A stretch of 60,972 nucleotides of DNA, filler included, from Vannella sp. (taxonomy: Eukaryota): assembly GCA_023345925.1 (NCBI GenBank). It is 5 parts of 5 records of this genome, joined end to end, with 100 filler letters (N's around TTAATTAATTAA, not from the genome) between each part and the next. Parts side by side here need not be neighbours in the genome. Positions count along the whole stretch, not along the records: positions 1 to 14,573 come from JAJQQN010000193.1; 4 more parts are not named here. One strand, written 5' to 3'. The position numbers were made by a program, and so were the translations under genes. Below are positions 1 through 10,746 of the stretch, in pieces. Numbering within the stretch: the first letter of the stretch is position 1; each line of letters opens with the position of its first letter. Under the pieces are notes generated by a model, which was given only the letters and a program-made list of their open reading frames with translations, ran no database searches and was not told the DNA's origin.

Positions 1-197
1 ATTGTAGATTGTGGAGGAAACTCCCCGCAAAATCCAGATTCAAGGATAATCGCTCTATTCCCCTGAATACTTAGTTTCAGTCAAATGGATAAATAGGGTT
101 TGGAGTCTCTTCGGGCTCCAGCCAATCAGGACGAAGAGTTTCTTTGTTGACAGCTCGTCATCTTCTCGTGACAGATGGGGAAGGAGAATATTTATTG

Positions 198-1162
198 ATG
201 GATCGTCCACGCCGACTTGTCCTCCCACGTCCCCAGTCAGAGGAGTCTTCTGAGCTAAAGGCGAAGGGCAAGGACGAACAAAGGGGACTAGACCTTCACT
301 CCCTCTCCTCAAACAAACAAAGCCAGAGGGCAAGTCCTCTCGTGACTGTCTTCCCTGCTTCAAAGTCAGTGATATTAGAGTCTGTGAAGCCCAAATCAGA
401 ACCTCCAGAGCCCCAATCCCCTCCCTCCCCGCCTCCTCCGCCTCAGTCTTCCTCACCACAGACTATCCAGTCCCCTCCGGTGAAGAGGAAGCGGACTGAA
501 TGGACGCCTGAAGAGGATGCCATCTTCCTTGCAGGTGAGTGAAGCGAATAGCTCCCTCAAATCATCAATCTGACCACTTCCCAGGCCTTGAAGTGCATTC
601 TTCCGACTTTGGCGCTTTGAAAGCTCTCCTCCCGCACCGGAATAGAGCACAGATACGAACACACTATCGTTATTTGGCGACCAGCCTTGAAGCAAACCGT
701 CAGAGCTCTGCTCGTGGAGGTAAGTGAGGAGTGATTTGAAGTTTGTGGGCTCATGGAGGAGCAGAGGTCCCTGCTCGGAGACTACGAACAAGAGGAAGGC
801 CTCCAAGATCAAAACAAGTGGCTGCACCAACTCCTCTCTTCTCTCAGCTGGCAGAGAAGATCACTTTGATTGAGAAGGAAGCTCCTCCACGATCGCCTGT
901 CGCCAAACCAGCATTCCGTGGTGATTTACTCCTCTTCTCTGATACAGGCTATCCTCCCGTGAGCCTCTCTCCTCAACAAGAGAACGTCCACCTTCCCTTC
1001 TCCTTCTCGGCCTCATCCTCCTTCTCGCCCGCTCCCCAGAACGGCTTCACCTTCAAAGCCTCCTTCAAAGTGCCATCCTCCATCATCTTCGCCACTCCAG
1101 ACCTTGAGAGCCTCCCCATCTCCATCAGCTTGCTAAACAATAGTCGCCAACCAACCCCATAA
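198..1162 (+). CDS. Myb/SANT-domain protein with AT-hook-like RGRP motif (3 exons)
   Basis: Splicing GT-AG introns 535-584 and 720-764 joins KRKRTEWTPEEDAIFLAG|LEVHSSDFGALKALLPHRNRAQIRTHYRYL (Myb repeat) and later RTRGRPPR. Start codon uncertain. Confidence 0.8.
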
Positions 1163-1324
1163 AAACGTCCTTAAATTCGCCCTTCACCCATCCCAATCCA
1201 TTTTTTACAGGTTTCTAGAAAATGTAATTTTTTAAGTGTTAGGCAAGACGTTGACGACTTTCTAGAGTGCGCCTCTGGTTCATAAGAAAGCGGTGACACG
1301 GATGATTTCGATCATTTTGTTCTG

Positions 1325-2246
1325 ATGTCGAAGGTTTTGCCGGGGACGAACACCGGGCCGCCTCCCAGCTTCTTTACGGGGATGCTGAAGACGTATGGTC
1401 GCATGAACTTGGTCTCGGGATCTATCGTGTACTTTGTGACTCGTTTGGGTCCTTGGGCTGTGCTTCCCTCGGCGCTAACGATCTATTTGGTATGTTGGAG
1501 GTTAGGAGCCCGCTCATGCAGTGCTCTTACGCTATGTTGGCGGGTAGATTATCGATAGACAAGCTTGGTTTGCACGTATCTATGAGAGAAACACTTGGCA
1601 TAACCGCGAGGTAGCGAGAGTCAAGTACATTGCAGAGGAAGCTGCCGAGGCTCAAACAGCTGCTAGTTACCTCAACAGCACGCTCCCTCGCCCTCTCAAC
1701 CTCTCTCATATTCAACCAGTTACTGCTTCCAGCAACAACAAGATCCGCCGCCAGCGCATCATCAGCGAGAACGTTGCTTTCGTCACTCAGTGCGGTTTGC
1801 TCCCTCGCTTGTCAACATCTCCTCGTGCTGGACTGACAGGGAGCTCATTTTCATGTTAGGTACTATGATTTGCCTCCTGTTGGCGTGCTGGATGTCCGCT
1901 ACAAGGTAGAGTTTGCTGCTCCCCTCTCCCAAGGTGGCAGAGGCTGACTGGGGATGTGGAGACGTACAACTTGAGACACAAGGAACTCAAACAGATGGAA
2001 ACAGAGTTCCAAGAATCCCGCGCCCTGGCGCAGGAAGCCTCTGCGAAGAGAAAGGACGAGCTCGTGTCCTATCGACGACTTCTGGCGATGGCAAAGGACA
2101 TCCAGCTCCCAAAGACAGCCAAGGATGCCTTCAAGTTCCGTACTACCATTGACTTGGGAGTATACAGCAATCCCATCGATGCTGGGAAGTATCGAATGAC
2201 CCGCTTCTTGCGCTCGTGGGTGAAGCCTTCCCCAGCCTCGCCCTGA
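1325..2246 (+). CDS. Hypothetical protein with N-terminal hydrophobic segment (4 exons)
   Basis: ORF pieces join in frame through introns 1490-1547, ~1790-1859 and 1906-1961. No recognisable family. Confidence 0.6.
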
Positions 2247-2316
2247 GGGATAGAACGGTTCCAGGGAGAGTAGCAATACACTCAAACAAGCACAATCAAA
2301 CACTGCTTCATTCTGA

Positions 2317-4982
2317 TCAGCTTTGGGCGGCCTTAAGGGCCTCTTCCTTGTTCTGGATCAGCTGTTGAACTTCGAGCAGCTTTGGGAACATGGGATGGCC
2401 GCGGAATCGGTCTTCTGTCTTGCGCAATAGCGATCTAAGGTGTAGAACGAAGGCGTGGATGGGTTTGCGCGCTTCCGTCTTCAAGTAGAGGTCGGTGAGG
2501 GCCAACTCTGCCTCCACCAGCTTCTGGAAGTCTTCATCCGTCATCACAACAACCTCTGCTTTCGCCAGTAACCTCACTTGCTTCTGTCTTGAGTCCAAAG
2601 CCTGAGCCCTTTGTCAGTTCTAGACAGCACCCTTTCATCGCCCTCCCTACCTTGTCCATCTGCCCTTGGGACTCTTGCAGCGTTGCATAGAGTTCCCACA
2701 CCTCAGGAGTCGATGCCATAAGGTCAGAAGTACGGCTCAGTAACTGCTCCACTTGAGCAGTCTGGAAGTCTGACAAGAAGAATGTCAATTCCAATGGGAC
2801 TTCCACGAAGACTCTTCCTACCTATAGCGCGAGTCCTCTCTGCTTGGTTTGCAGTGGCTTTGATGACATAGGAGACGAGAGTTTTGATCCAAGTGAATTT
2901 GACTTCGGCGCGGCGGAGGTCGAGGAGTCGGTTGATGGCTGTGATGGCGAAGGAAAAGTCTCCGCATTGCAGACTGAGCAAGAAGGCGTTCTCCCACATC
3001 TTCCAGCTCTCTTGCTTGTGCTTCAAACCTTCTTGCGCAGCATTGAATGCCTCTTGACTGGACCCAGCGTTAGAGGAGATGCCGTGAACCCCAAATGGAA
3101 TCTCACATCTTGCCGGATTGCTGAAGTGCGGTACTCAGATTAGCCCAAGCATCTCCATCTTCATGCTCTTGTTGGACACAGCTCGTAAATGCACGAGCAG
3201 CTTCATCCCACAAAGTAGCCTGCATCAGGCAACATCCCAAACTGAACCAAATTCCCGGATATAGCGGATTGAGATCCAGAGACTCGCGGAAGCACTTGAT
3301 AGCCAGTTCATGTTCTTGCTTGCGCAGATAGGCCTTACCCATTAATCGTTGAGCTTGAGCAAAGCGATGATTACTCAACTTCCAGGCTGTTTCGTAGTGA
3401 GAAATGTCACTTTCTAGTTCCCCGAGGATGCACCATAACTCAGGAGATGGTTTGATTGCTAATCGTTCCTTTGTAAGCTGCTTGGCCTTCTCGGGCTCCC
3501 CGATAATGATGTAACTGCGAATCAAGTCATCCCACATGCCCAGTTCGAGGAAGATATCTCTGGCACTCGCTGCAATGCCATACTTGAGATAGCGGCGACC
3601 AAGCTCTTGCTTCAGCAAGTGCCGAGGAGGGTAGTTCAGAGCGTAAATCACTCGCATTCGCTGTGAACCGGGAGGGTCTTCGTCGTCATACTGCTCCACA
3701 AGGGATTGGATCTGCAGAAGAGCGCGATCGAATGTCTTAATAGCGTCGCTCTCAATCTGTGCCTTGTACAGGAGGAAAGCGCTATGAACCATCCAGTTCT
3801 TGCTCTCCAATCCCACTCGATGAAGGAATGCCAGCCGTTCTTCGACTGCGAGAGGGTCTCCTGATGGGTTGCTCGCCTTGATGACACACAGTAGACTAAG
3901 CATCATCGCTTGATCGATGAGGTTGAGTGAGGTGCCGTGAGATTGCTCCTCCCGGAAGGCAGTGTGCTTCAAGAGGAGCTCGTGCTCTTGATCGACCACT
4001 TTGGGCTGCGTTTGGATCTCTTTGCCATCACTCTCGTCCCTTTTGAGGGTACTAGATGCCCTTACGATCAGCTGGCTAGTCTCCTTCTGCTGGAACTTGG
4101 TGCGTTTGCCAAGAGCCCCGGAGATTTCGATGTCCAACCCTGTGATCTGTCTGCCAATGCTCAGGGAGGCGATAGAGAGTGGGATCTCTCGATACTCATG
4201 GAAGAACAAGCTCTTCTCGATGTAGAAGGAGCCCTTTAGCTCGGGGGAGAGCTCTTCACCACTAAGGATGATCAGAGAGTGACCAGGGCGAGCCTGGGAG
4301 CACTTACCGCACACCAAAGAAGTCCTCTAACGTCAGCAAGTGTCTTTTGATGGCCATCTTCAAGGCTGGTGCGCGATCGGTCAACTATCGGAGGAGAAAA
4401 GATGAGAAAGAGCCGAGGAGCTGCACGAAGAGTCCCTACAGTTGTTTGTTGTGCTCTAAGGCAGCGAATACACCACCAAGGTAACGAGAACAAGCTGGCT
4501 GAAGGCGAATAAGGGAAGGTGAGGATGGAACGAGCGGCAAGGAGGAGTTTGGGCTGCACTATGATCTCGTAAACAGACTCCCCGCCCTCTACAAACAGTC
4601 CATTCTCGATCTCATCAGGAGTTAGAGCTTCAGTGAAGAGACTGGGAGGAAGGGCGAAGGCAGGACCCGTCCAATTGAGTTGGACAAACGCTCCAAGACA
4701 TCCCGCACCGAGCAACGTGAGCTTCAGGACCTCTTCATCGTACTGAGTGGGATCTGAGAGCTTGGATACACGCTCATCGATGGAACTGGTGAGTTCAAGC
4801 AACTTTGGAAGCAGTTCCTTGGCCAAGCGGCTCTCAAACAAGGCGGAGAAGTCGCTGTTCGTCACCATTCGGGCTAACTCCATCACTTCTCCCATCGACC
4901 CTTCCTGCGGCGTCTCCGCTTGGATCGCTTTCAAAGACAAAGTATCAGCTAATAGCACTGCTTGCTGCAACGCCACGAGCAT
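2317..4982 (-). CDS. TTC27: TPR-repeat protein, TTC27/Emw1 family
   Basis: Motifs FVQLNWTGP, GALGKRTKFQQKETSQL, NWMVHSAFLL and C-terminal TPRs (ESWKMWENA). Several ~50-nt introns. Confidence 0.88.
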
Positions 4983-5108
4983 GTTACTTCCAAAAGTCTC
5001 CCAACAAATGGCCAATCAGCAATTGGTTAGCATCCCAATGGACCTCCAGGAATAACAATTTCTACAGAGTCATGCCATATGGCCTCTGGCACCTTTTCCT
5101 GACATTAA

Positions 5109-5993
5109 ATGATGGCAGGGAGGGCGAGGAGGGTCCAGGGCCAGCTCCTGTTGAACCCTGAGAAGCTGAATCACTATGTACGTTGGTAACTAGGTGTATT
5201 CTTCGTAGTAAAGCTGATTGGGCCTTGCTAGATCGTAAGGGCGAAGGACTCTCGCGTTCGAAGGCTAACTTGCTGGTTTAGTGCGTTAGAGAGAATGGAA
5301 GGGAGCCAATAGGCGACCTAACGTAATGGGTAGTATGTGAGTGACTCAACCGAAAGGGAGAGCCCTGCACAAAGCTCATTAAGGTCAAAAGGGGGTAAGA
5401 GGTTGAAGTAGGTTAGCAGAAAGCATTAAACAATGGAAGAAAGTGAGTTTCCAGCTTTAAGGGTTGCAAAGTGGGCCACTCAAAAGGCTTTAGACCTTCT
5501 TGGGCAGCGCATCTCAAGCGGGTTGCAAAGAGACAGTCAACTATTTGCTTTCCGTTCGGTGCATCGACATTCAGAAAGGAGTAGGCTCAGCTTTCTTTAT
5601 TATTCGGTCAGAAAAGCATCTGATATGAACGTAGGATGTGAGTGAAGTGATACTTTCTACTTTCTTCGCATTTCACAAACTCATTAATGTAGGGAGTGAG
5701 TTTCCCCAAGTTATCTCTTTAGCCTTCGCGACTTATGACATATTAGACTGTAAGATATCTTTCTTGTGGCCTGCTGGCTGATATCTCTGGGAAAGGGAGT
5801 GAGTTAGGAGGCTTTCAAAGGATGTTCATTTAATCAATTGGTCTTCAGTGGGTGAGAGAGATTATTGGGAGGGGCGTTGAATAACCTCAAAAAGAGCCCA
5901 CTCGATTTAGCCGTGTGTTACCAGCAAGATGAAGTCATTCACATCCTCGTGCACTCCGGAGTCCGGAAATCTCCAGGTTTCACGTCACGTTAA
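5109..5993 (+). CDS. Small ankyrin-repeat protein encoded by 13 exons, ten of them 3-nt micro-exons
   Basis: Exons 5109-5177, 5232-34 ATC, 5282-84 TGC, 5334-36 TAT, 5392-94 GGG, 5440-42 AAA, 5494-5580, 5635-37 GAT, 5693-95 GGA, 5747-49 ACT, 5796-98 GGA, 5849-51 TGG, 5895-5993. Product: MMAGRARRVQGQLLLNPEKLNHY-ICYGK-TFLGSASQAGCKETVNYLLSVRCIDIQKG-DGTGW-SPLDLAVCYQQDEVIHILVHSGVRKSPGFTSR*. All 12 introns are GT-AG, 43-55 nt. The 5' and 3' ends are less certain. Confidence 0.85.
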
Positions 5994-6110
5994 AGAGCTG
6001 AAATCTAAGCTTTTCGCTGGGCCATTCAATGAAAGAGGGGTTTCTACATCCAACGGATTGAGAATCGCGGATGGTAAAGTCTTCCCATCCGTCAATGCAA
6101 TCGAATGAGA

Positions 6111-7133
6111 TTAGAACCGGGCACTCTTCTGCCAAGAGTACGAACGAGGAGAAGACCGAACGCTTGACAGGATAGGAGTGAATACATCATTTGTGTGGAG
6201 AAGCCCAAGTTGACCATACGTATTGTTTCCGAAGACAAGCAAGCTACCATCAGATTTGAAGACAAGAGAGTGACAATTTCCGGCAACCACGGAGCTAACT
6301 TCTTCCAAAGAAGGAATGCGCATTGGTTTGAATGTCTTAGGAGACAGTTTAGAGAGATCTCTTCCAAGTTGCCCTTGAATTGGCTGCGTTAATCCATGTT
6401 GCCAGCTCCAAACGCATCCTGTCTCATCTATGGCAAGAGTATGAAGCCCTCCACAAGAAGCAGTTATCATTGGGGGAATCTCAGCGATCCTTTGCAGTCC
6501 AGGGAGCTGCCCAGAGATCCAAACGCCCCCTTTCAAATCAATTACGATTGCATCATACCCTGCAAAGGTTTCCAGGCAGCGGAGAGGGAAAGAAACCTCG
6601 GATAAGTCCATTGGAGTTGGAGAAAGTGCCTCCTTGGTGCCACCAGCCAGCTTTGGTGCTCCCAAGATCCAAATGCCCCCTTCGTTGGCCTCTCCAATCA
6701 CAAAGCTCGCTCCGCAAGCTACTCTGAGAAGAGGAGGGAACCCATCTACGATCTTTGGGATATCACAGCACCAAGGAAGATGGGTTTGGCTCGTCCATAC
6801 CCAAAGCGCACCATTCGTGTCAATGGCTGCGCTCAGCCTGTCACCTGCAGCTATCTGGGTGATAGGAGGAAGCTCTGAGACTCTCTGGAAGGTTTGGGAT
6901 GGATGTGGCGACCGAAAAAGACCAGAACACCACACACCTCCCTCCTCATCCAGCACCAAAGAGTGATTCCATCCCCAGTCTACCTGCACGGGCCGTGTCC
7001 CCTTCCAAGGCACCTTCACAGCACCAGTATGAAAGTTCTCATGTCCCAATCCAAGGTTCCCCTGTCCCTGATAGCCACAGGCCAACAGATCACCCGCCTC
7101 CGAGATGATCAGCGTGTGATCTCCCTTGGGCAT
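6111..7133 (-). CDS. RCC1/BLIP-II-repeat beta-propeller protein (intronless)
   Basis: RCC1 repeats: GWNHSLVLDEEGGVW, SCGGLHTLAIDETGCVWSW, VAGNCHSLVFKSDGSLLVFGNNTYGQLG. Start uncertain. Confidence 0.85.
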   Translation of the reverse strand: MPKGDHTLIISEAGDLLACGYQGQGNLGLGHENFHTGAVKVPWKGTRPVQVDWGWNHSLVLDEEGGVWCSGLFRSPHPSQTFQRVSELPPITQIAAGDRLSAAIDTNGALWVWTSQTHLPWCCDIPKIVDGFPPLLRVACGASFVIGEANEGGIWILGAPKLAGGTKEALSPTPMDLSEVSFPLRCLETFAGYDAIVIDLKGGVWISGQLPGLQRIAEIPPMITASCGGLHTLAIDETGCVWSWQHGLTQPIQGQLGRDLSKLSPKTFKPMRIPSLEEVSSVVAGNCHSLVFKSDGSLLVFGNNTYGQLGLLHTNDVFTPILSSVRSSPRSYSWQKSARF

Positions 7134-7284
7134 CAATGAAATGCCTGAATAATTATAATCACAATGGTTTTGATGTTGGTTGGGAGAAAGCAAATGAAAA
7201 AAACAACTGAAAAATTCTTGGAAAAGGAAAATTTGCGTAACCAGGGGAACTTTTTCTGCTTCATTTATTTCCTCCACTTCCTTG

Positions 7285-10200
7285 ATGAGTGCTTCGCTGT
7301 TCTTGGGGGGTCTTCCAGAGAGCGTGAAGGGTTTGGTTGCTCAGCGAGTGGCGTCTTCTGAACTGTGGAATGTGGTGGAGATGCCTACCGAGACATGCAC
7401 GCATGTTCTGAGCGACTTTGAGGCGCCTGAGTTTGAGGCTCTCTTCTCTTCTCGACAAAAAGTGATCGGTGCTGGACTCTTGCTCAGTGCACTCTCGCAG
7501 CGAGTGCCTCTCCCGCGGTTGGGACAGCATGGGGCACTCTTCAGTCTTGTTATGGCTGGAGTCGTCTTGACCACCTCTCAGTTATCAACAAAGGAGCGAG
7601 ACCAAATCGAAAAGGAAGCAACATGTATGGGTGCTCGAGTAGTACACAGCTTTGTGTCCTCTGTCACTCATCTCGTCACGAACATCCCAAACACACAGAA
7701 GTATCTGCTCGCCAAGGAGCGAGGTAATCCTATTGTTCTGCCCGATTGGGTTCACCAATGCTGGCGCGAGAACAAACTTGTACCAATCTCTAATGGACTT
7801 TCCGTCAAGGAAGAGAAACAGGCTATCTCAACACCTTTCCTCGATGTAATCCAGAAAGCTGAGGTACCCCAGCTGCCTCTGCAGCAGTGTGTCGCATGCG
7901 TTTCTGGATACTCAATGGCTCAACGAGTGATAATTAGGAAGGTTCTCCATAAGTTGGGGGGACAGTACTCCTCTGGTATCAACAGTAATGTGACCCACTT
8001 CTTGTGCGAGAATGCAGGGCGAAAGAAGTACACAGAAGCCAAGTCATTTGGAATCCCTTTTTTAGTATCTGGGAAATGGCTCGAACGCTGTCTCGAGACA
8101 ACCAGACGTGTGCCCGAGTTAGACTTCACTTTGGTGGAGCCACAAGAACTAGTTCCGAGAACATTGTCTCCTCACGAAGACGAAGTTGAGATTGAGATCT
8201 CAACTCCAACTTTGGCTCTTCTTTGCAATCAGCCGAGGAATGCAAGATGTTTGTTTCAAAGAATCTCGTTCATTTCTCTTGGATTTGATGACCAAGAAGT
8301 AACTGAGCTCTCTAACTTCCTCAAACAGTATGGAGGTGCTGTCAAGCCACAAACTGGATCCTTCGGCAAATCTGATGAGTCGTTACACTCAAACATCGTT
8401 CTGCTTTTGCTTCCCCATGGAAGAATTGAAAGCTCGCCCCATCAAATTGTTACTGTGAATTGGATCGAAAGATGTATCGAAGAAGGCATGCTCTTAGATC
8501 CAACTCAAAGCTGTCTATTTACTCCACTTCCTTGTATTGTACCCTTCAATCACACAAGGAACAAGACAATCTCTCTCACAGGGTTTCAAAGCCAAGAGCG
8601 CCGAAATTTGAAGATGCTTGTGATAGTGATGGGATTCAAGTACTCTGAAAGACTGACTCCTCATGTGGATTTCTTACTCACTATCCCGCCTCTCACTTCC
8701 TCAGGAAAATGCCAAGCTGCTAAGGAATGGAATATCCCCTTTATCCATGCTGATTGGGTTATCAAGAGCGCTCAGCATGGAAACTTATTACAACTGGCCA
8801 AGTTTTATATCATCCCAGATGTTCCAGAGTCGGTTATTCAACTCCCTCAACCAGTGGAGATTGAGGAAGTTTCACAGCCACCAAAAATAGCACCTATCGA
8901 ATCTCTTCTGAACGGAGTCTTTTTGTTCATTACTGCGAGAGTGCGTGAGTCCTTACACGAAGATCTGATCAAGATATCTGCTGCAATGGGAGCCATCGTT
9001 GAAACGAAGTTATCTCACGTTGTTACTCACGTGCTAGATCAAACCCCCTCTTCCAGTCCCTCTTACTTCTTCACAGCTCAGTCCCTTCATAACATCACTC
9101 CAGCGGTGATCAACTCTCATTGCCCTTCTGCCAAAATCACATCTCCTCTTTGGCTCCAGCAGTGCTATTTCCGCCAGGAGTGGCTCCCAGAAGCAAGTTT
9201 CCCGCTCACATCGGCTCCAATTCTTAACATGACGTTAAGTACGGTATCCAAACCTTCAGTGCCGAGTGAACTTGAACATGAATCAACTTTGGCTTTACCT
9301 CAGAAACGCCAGTACTCTCTTGGCTTGACACCTACTCGCCCAATAGCCACCAAGAAAAGGCGTTTGGCTTCTCCTGCAGTGAGAATGTTCGATCTCCATG
9401 ACCAAGAAGAGGAGAGAGCCTTGCTCGAAAAGCAACGCTTGAACCAAACAAAAGCTGCCCCACCTTCATCAGAGTTTGTGAATCTTTGTGACCAAGAGCT
9501 TGAGGATATCCCTGTGGATAAATCTCACCCTCGAACTCTCGAGCACTACCAACAGCTAGGATTCCATTCTCCAGAACTCTTCCCTCTTTCCCCTTCTCCC
9601 TCTCCTCCAGCTGTGGAAGAGAGTTTACCTCCTCAACCCCTGTCGCCGAGCATCAGTTCTTCTGACGAAGAGAAGGAGTCAGGAACCCAATCTGCCATCT
9701 TCGATGAGCTGAAGGATCTCCTTGAGGGCCCGAATTCAGCTCTGTACGCACCATTGGAAGCAGAATCATGTCCTGCGTTGTCAAAGGAGAATTCACAGAC
9801 TTTAGAGAATCAGGAAGTCGAAGCAGAGGAAGAGATCCTTTCTGCTTCAGATTGCGAAAGTGAGGATGATCAGATTGTGACTTACGGCGGTGCTAAAGCT
9901 CGTCCTGCACCTCCTCCGATACCAAAGAAAAAAGTCCCAACCTTGCCAGAAGAGATTCCTTTGAAAGATCTTGCGCTCGCTCTAACAACCACCAAAGTTT
10001 CGAAGTCCTTTGTATTCAGTGGAGTCAGCCGTTCTGTCAAGGAGCGGCTGAGCAAGATAGTAACTGATCTTGGCGGAACCGTCCTTTCCGACCAGGACTT
10101 GGGAGGGATGACTCATCTTGTCACACCAAGCGCCTCTCGCAACCTAAAATACTTGACAGCACTCGCAGGCGGTAAATGGATCGTCTCCCCAGACTACCTT

Positions 10201-10650
10201 TACGAAAGCGCCGCTCGGAGCACCTGGCTCCACGAAGAACTGCACGAAATCTCTGCAGCAGAAGGGCAGACTCCCCCCAAGTATTGGCGCGAACGGATAA
10301 CCGAGGGAGGCCCAGCTGCCAGAATAATCCACGAACAGAAAGTCGCCCTCTTCACCTCCGAAGCCAACTCTGAGATCCAGAAAGTCCTCGCCATGGGAGG
10401 TGCCCAAGTCATCTATTGTGGTTCCTCTCTGGACTCCTCTGGAGTCCTATCTCTAGGAGCCTTGGATATAGCTTATCTTGACGAGTCTCTTGCCAAGCAA
10501 TCTTCCTCAAAGGCGCTCGTCCGCGCCCTTCAAGAGAGGAAGGTTCCTTGCTTTTTCGCCCGTCTTTTCACAGATCAGTTGTTCCTCTTCCCACCTCCAC
10601 CTGAGAAAAAGTACCGAATTTCTTATCGTATTAAACGAAAAACGGATTAA
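7285..10650 (+). CDS. Multi-BRCT scaffold, TopBP1/Rad4/Cut5-like
   Basis: Repeated BRCT signatures (VTHLVT..KY..A...IVLPDWVHQC; VTHFLC..KKY; SLTGF..ER..L; MTHLVT..RNLKYLTALAGGKWIVSPDYL). Confidence 0.8.
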   Translation: MSASLFLGGLPESVKGLVAQRVASSELWNVVEMPTETCTHVLSDFEAPEFEALFSSRQKVIGAGLLLSALSQRVPLPRLGQHGALFSLVMAGVVLTTSQLSTKERDQIEKEATCMGARVVHSFVSSVTHLVTNIPNTQKYLLAKERGNPIVLPDWVHQCWRENKLVPISNGLSVKEEKQAISTPFLDVIQKAEVPQLPLQQCVACVSGYSMAQRVIIRKVLHKLGGQYSSGINSNVTHFLCENAGRKKYTEAKSFGIPFLVSGKWLERCLETTRRVPELDFTLVEPQELVPRTLSPHEDEVEIEISTPTLALLCNQPRNARCLFQRISFISLGFDDQEVTELSNFLKQYGGAVKPQTGSFGKSDESLHSNIVLLLLPHGRIESSPHQIVTVNWIERCIEEGMLLDPTQSCLFTPLPCIVPFNHTRNKTISLTGFQSQERRNLKMLVIVMGFKYSERLTPHVDFLLTIPPLTSSGKCQAAKEWNIPFIHADWVIKSAQHGNLLQLAKFYIIPDVPESVIQLPQPVEIEEVSQPPKIAPIESLLNGVFLFITARVRESLHEDLIKISAAMGAIVETKLSHVVTHVLDQTPSSSPSYFFTAQSLHNITPAVINSHCPSAKITSPLWLQQCYFRQEWLPEASFPLTSAPILNMTLSTVSKPSVPSELEHESTLALPQKRQYSLGLTPTRPIATKKRRLASPAVRMFDLHDQEEERALLEKQRLNQTKAAPPSSEFVNLCDQELEDIPVDKSHPRTLEHYQQLGFHSPELFPLSPSPSPPAVEESLPPQPLSPSISSSDEEKESGTQSAIFDELKDLLEGPNSALYAPLEAESCPALSKENSQTLENQEVEAEEEILSASDCESEDDQIVTYGGAKARPAPPPIPKKKVPTLPEEIPLKDLALALTTTKVSKSFVFSGVSRSVKERLSKIVTDLGGTVLSDQDLGGMTHLVTPSASRNLKYLTALAGGKWIVSPDYLYESAARSTWLHEELHEISAAEGQTPPKYWRERITEGGPAARIIHEQKVALFTSEANSEIQKVLAMGGAQVIYCGSSLDSSGVLSLGALDIAYLDESLAKQSSSKALVRALQERKVPCFFARLFTDQLFLFPPPPEKKYRISYRIKRKTD

Positions 10651-10746
10651 ATGGACCTCTTTGGGGTTGGTTTGGGCGGGAAAGCGGTTGGGACGGTGGC
10701 GACCTTCCTTTGGGCAGATTTCTTCGTGGCTGTGAGTGTGGAGGGT

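Noticed and set aside
5433..5645. 70-aa ORF MEESEFPALR...
   Set aside because: It runs through introns and reads the ankyrin exon 5494-5580 in the wrong frame.
5977..6108. Possible extra intron and last exon extending the ankyrin gene (…GVSTSNGLRIADGKVFPSVNAIE*)
   Set aside because: The donor GTTTCA and the branch site are weak; it cannot be supported without RNA data.
10648..10653. BRCT gene stop directly abutting the HAT1 ORF ATG (operon-like coupling)
   Set aside because: The first 32 codons show no HAT1 character; the real start is more likely the ATG at 10747.
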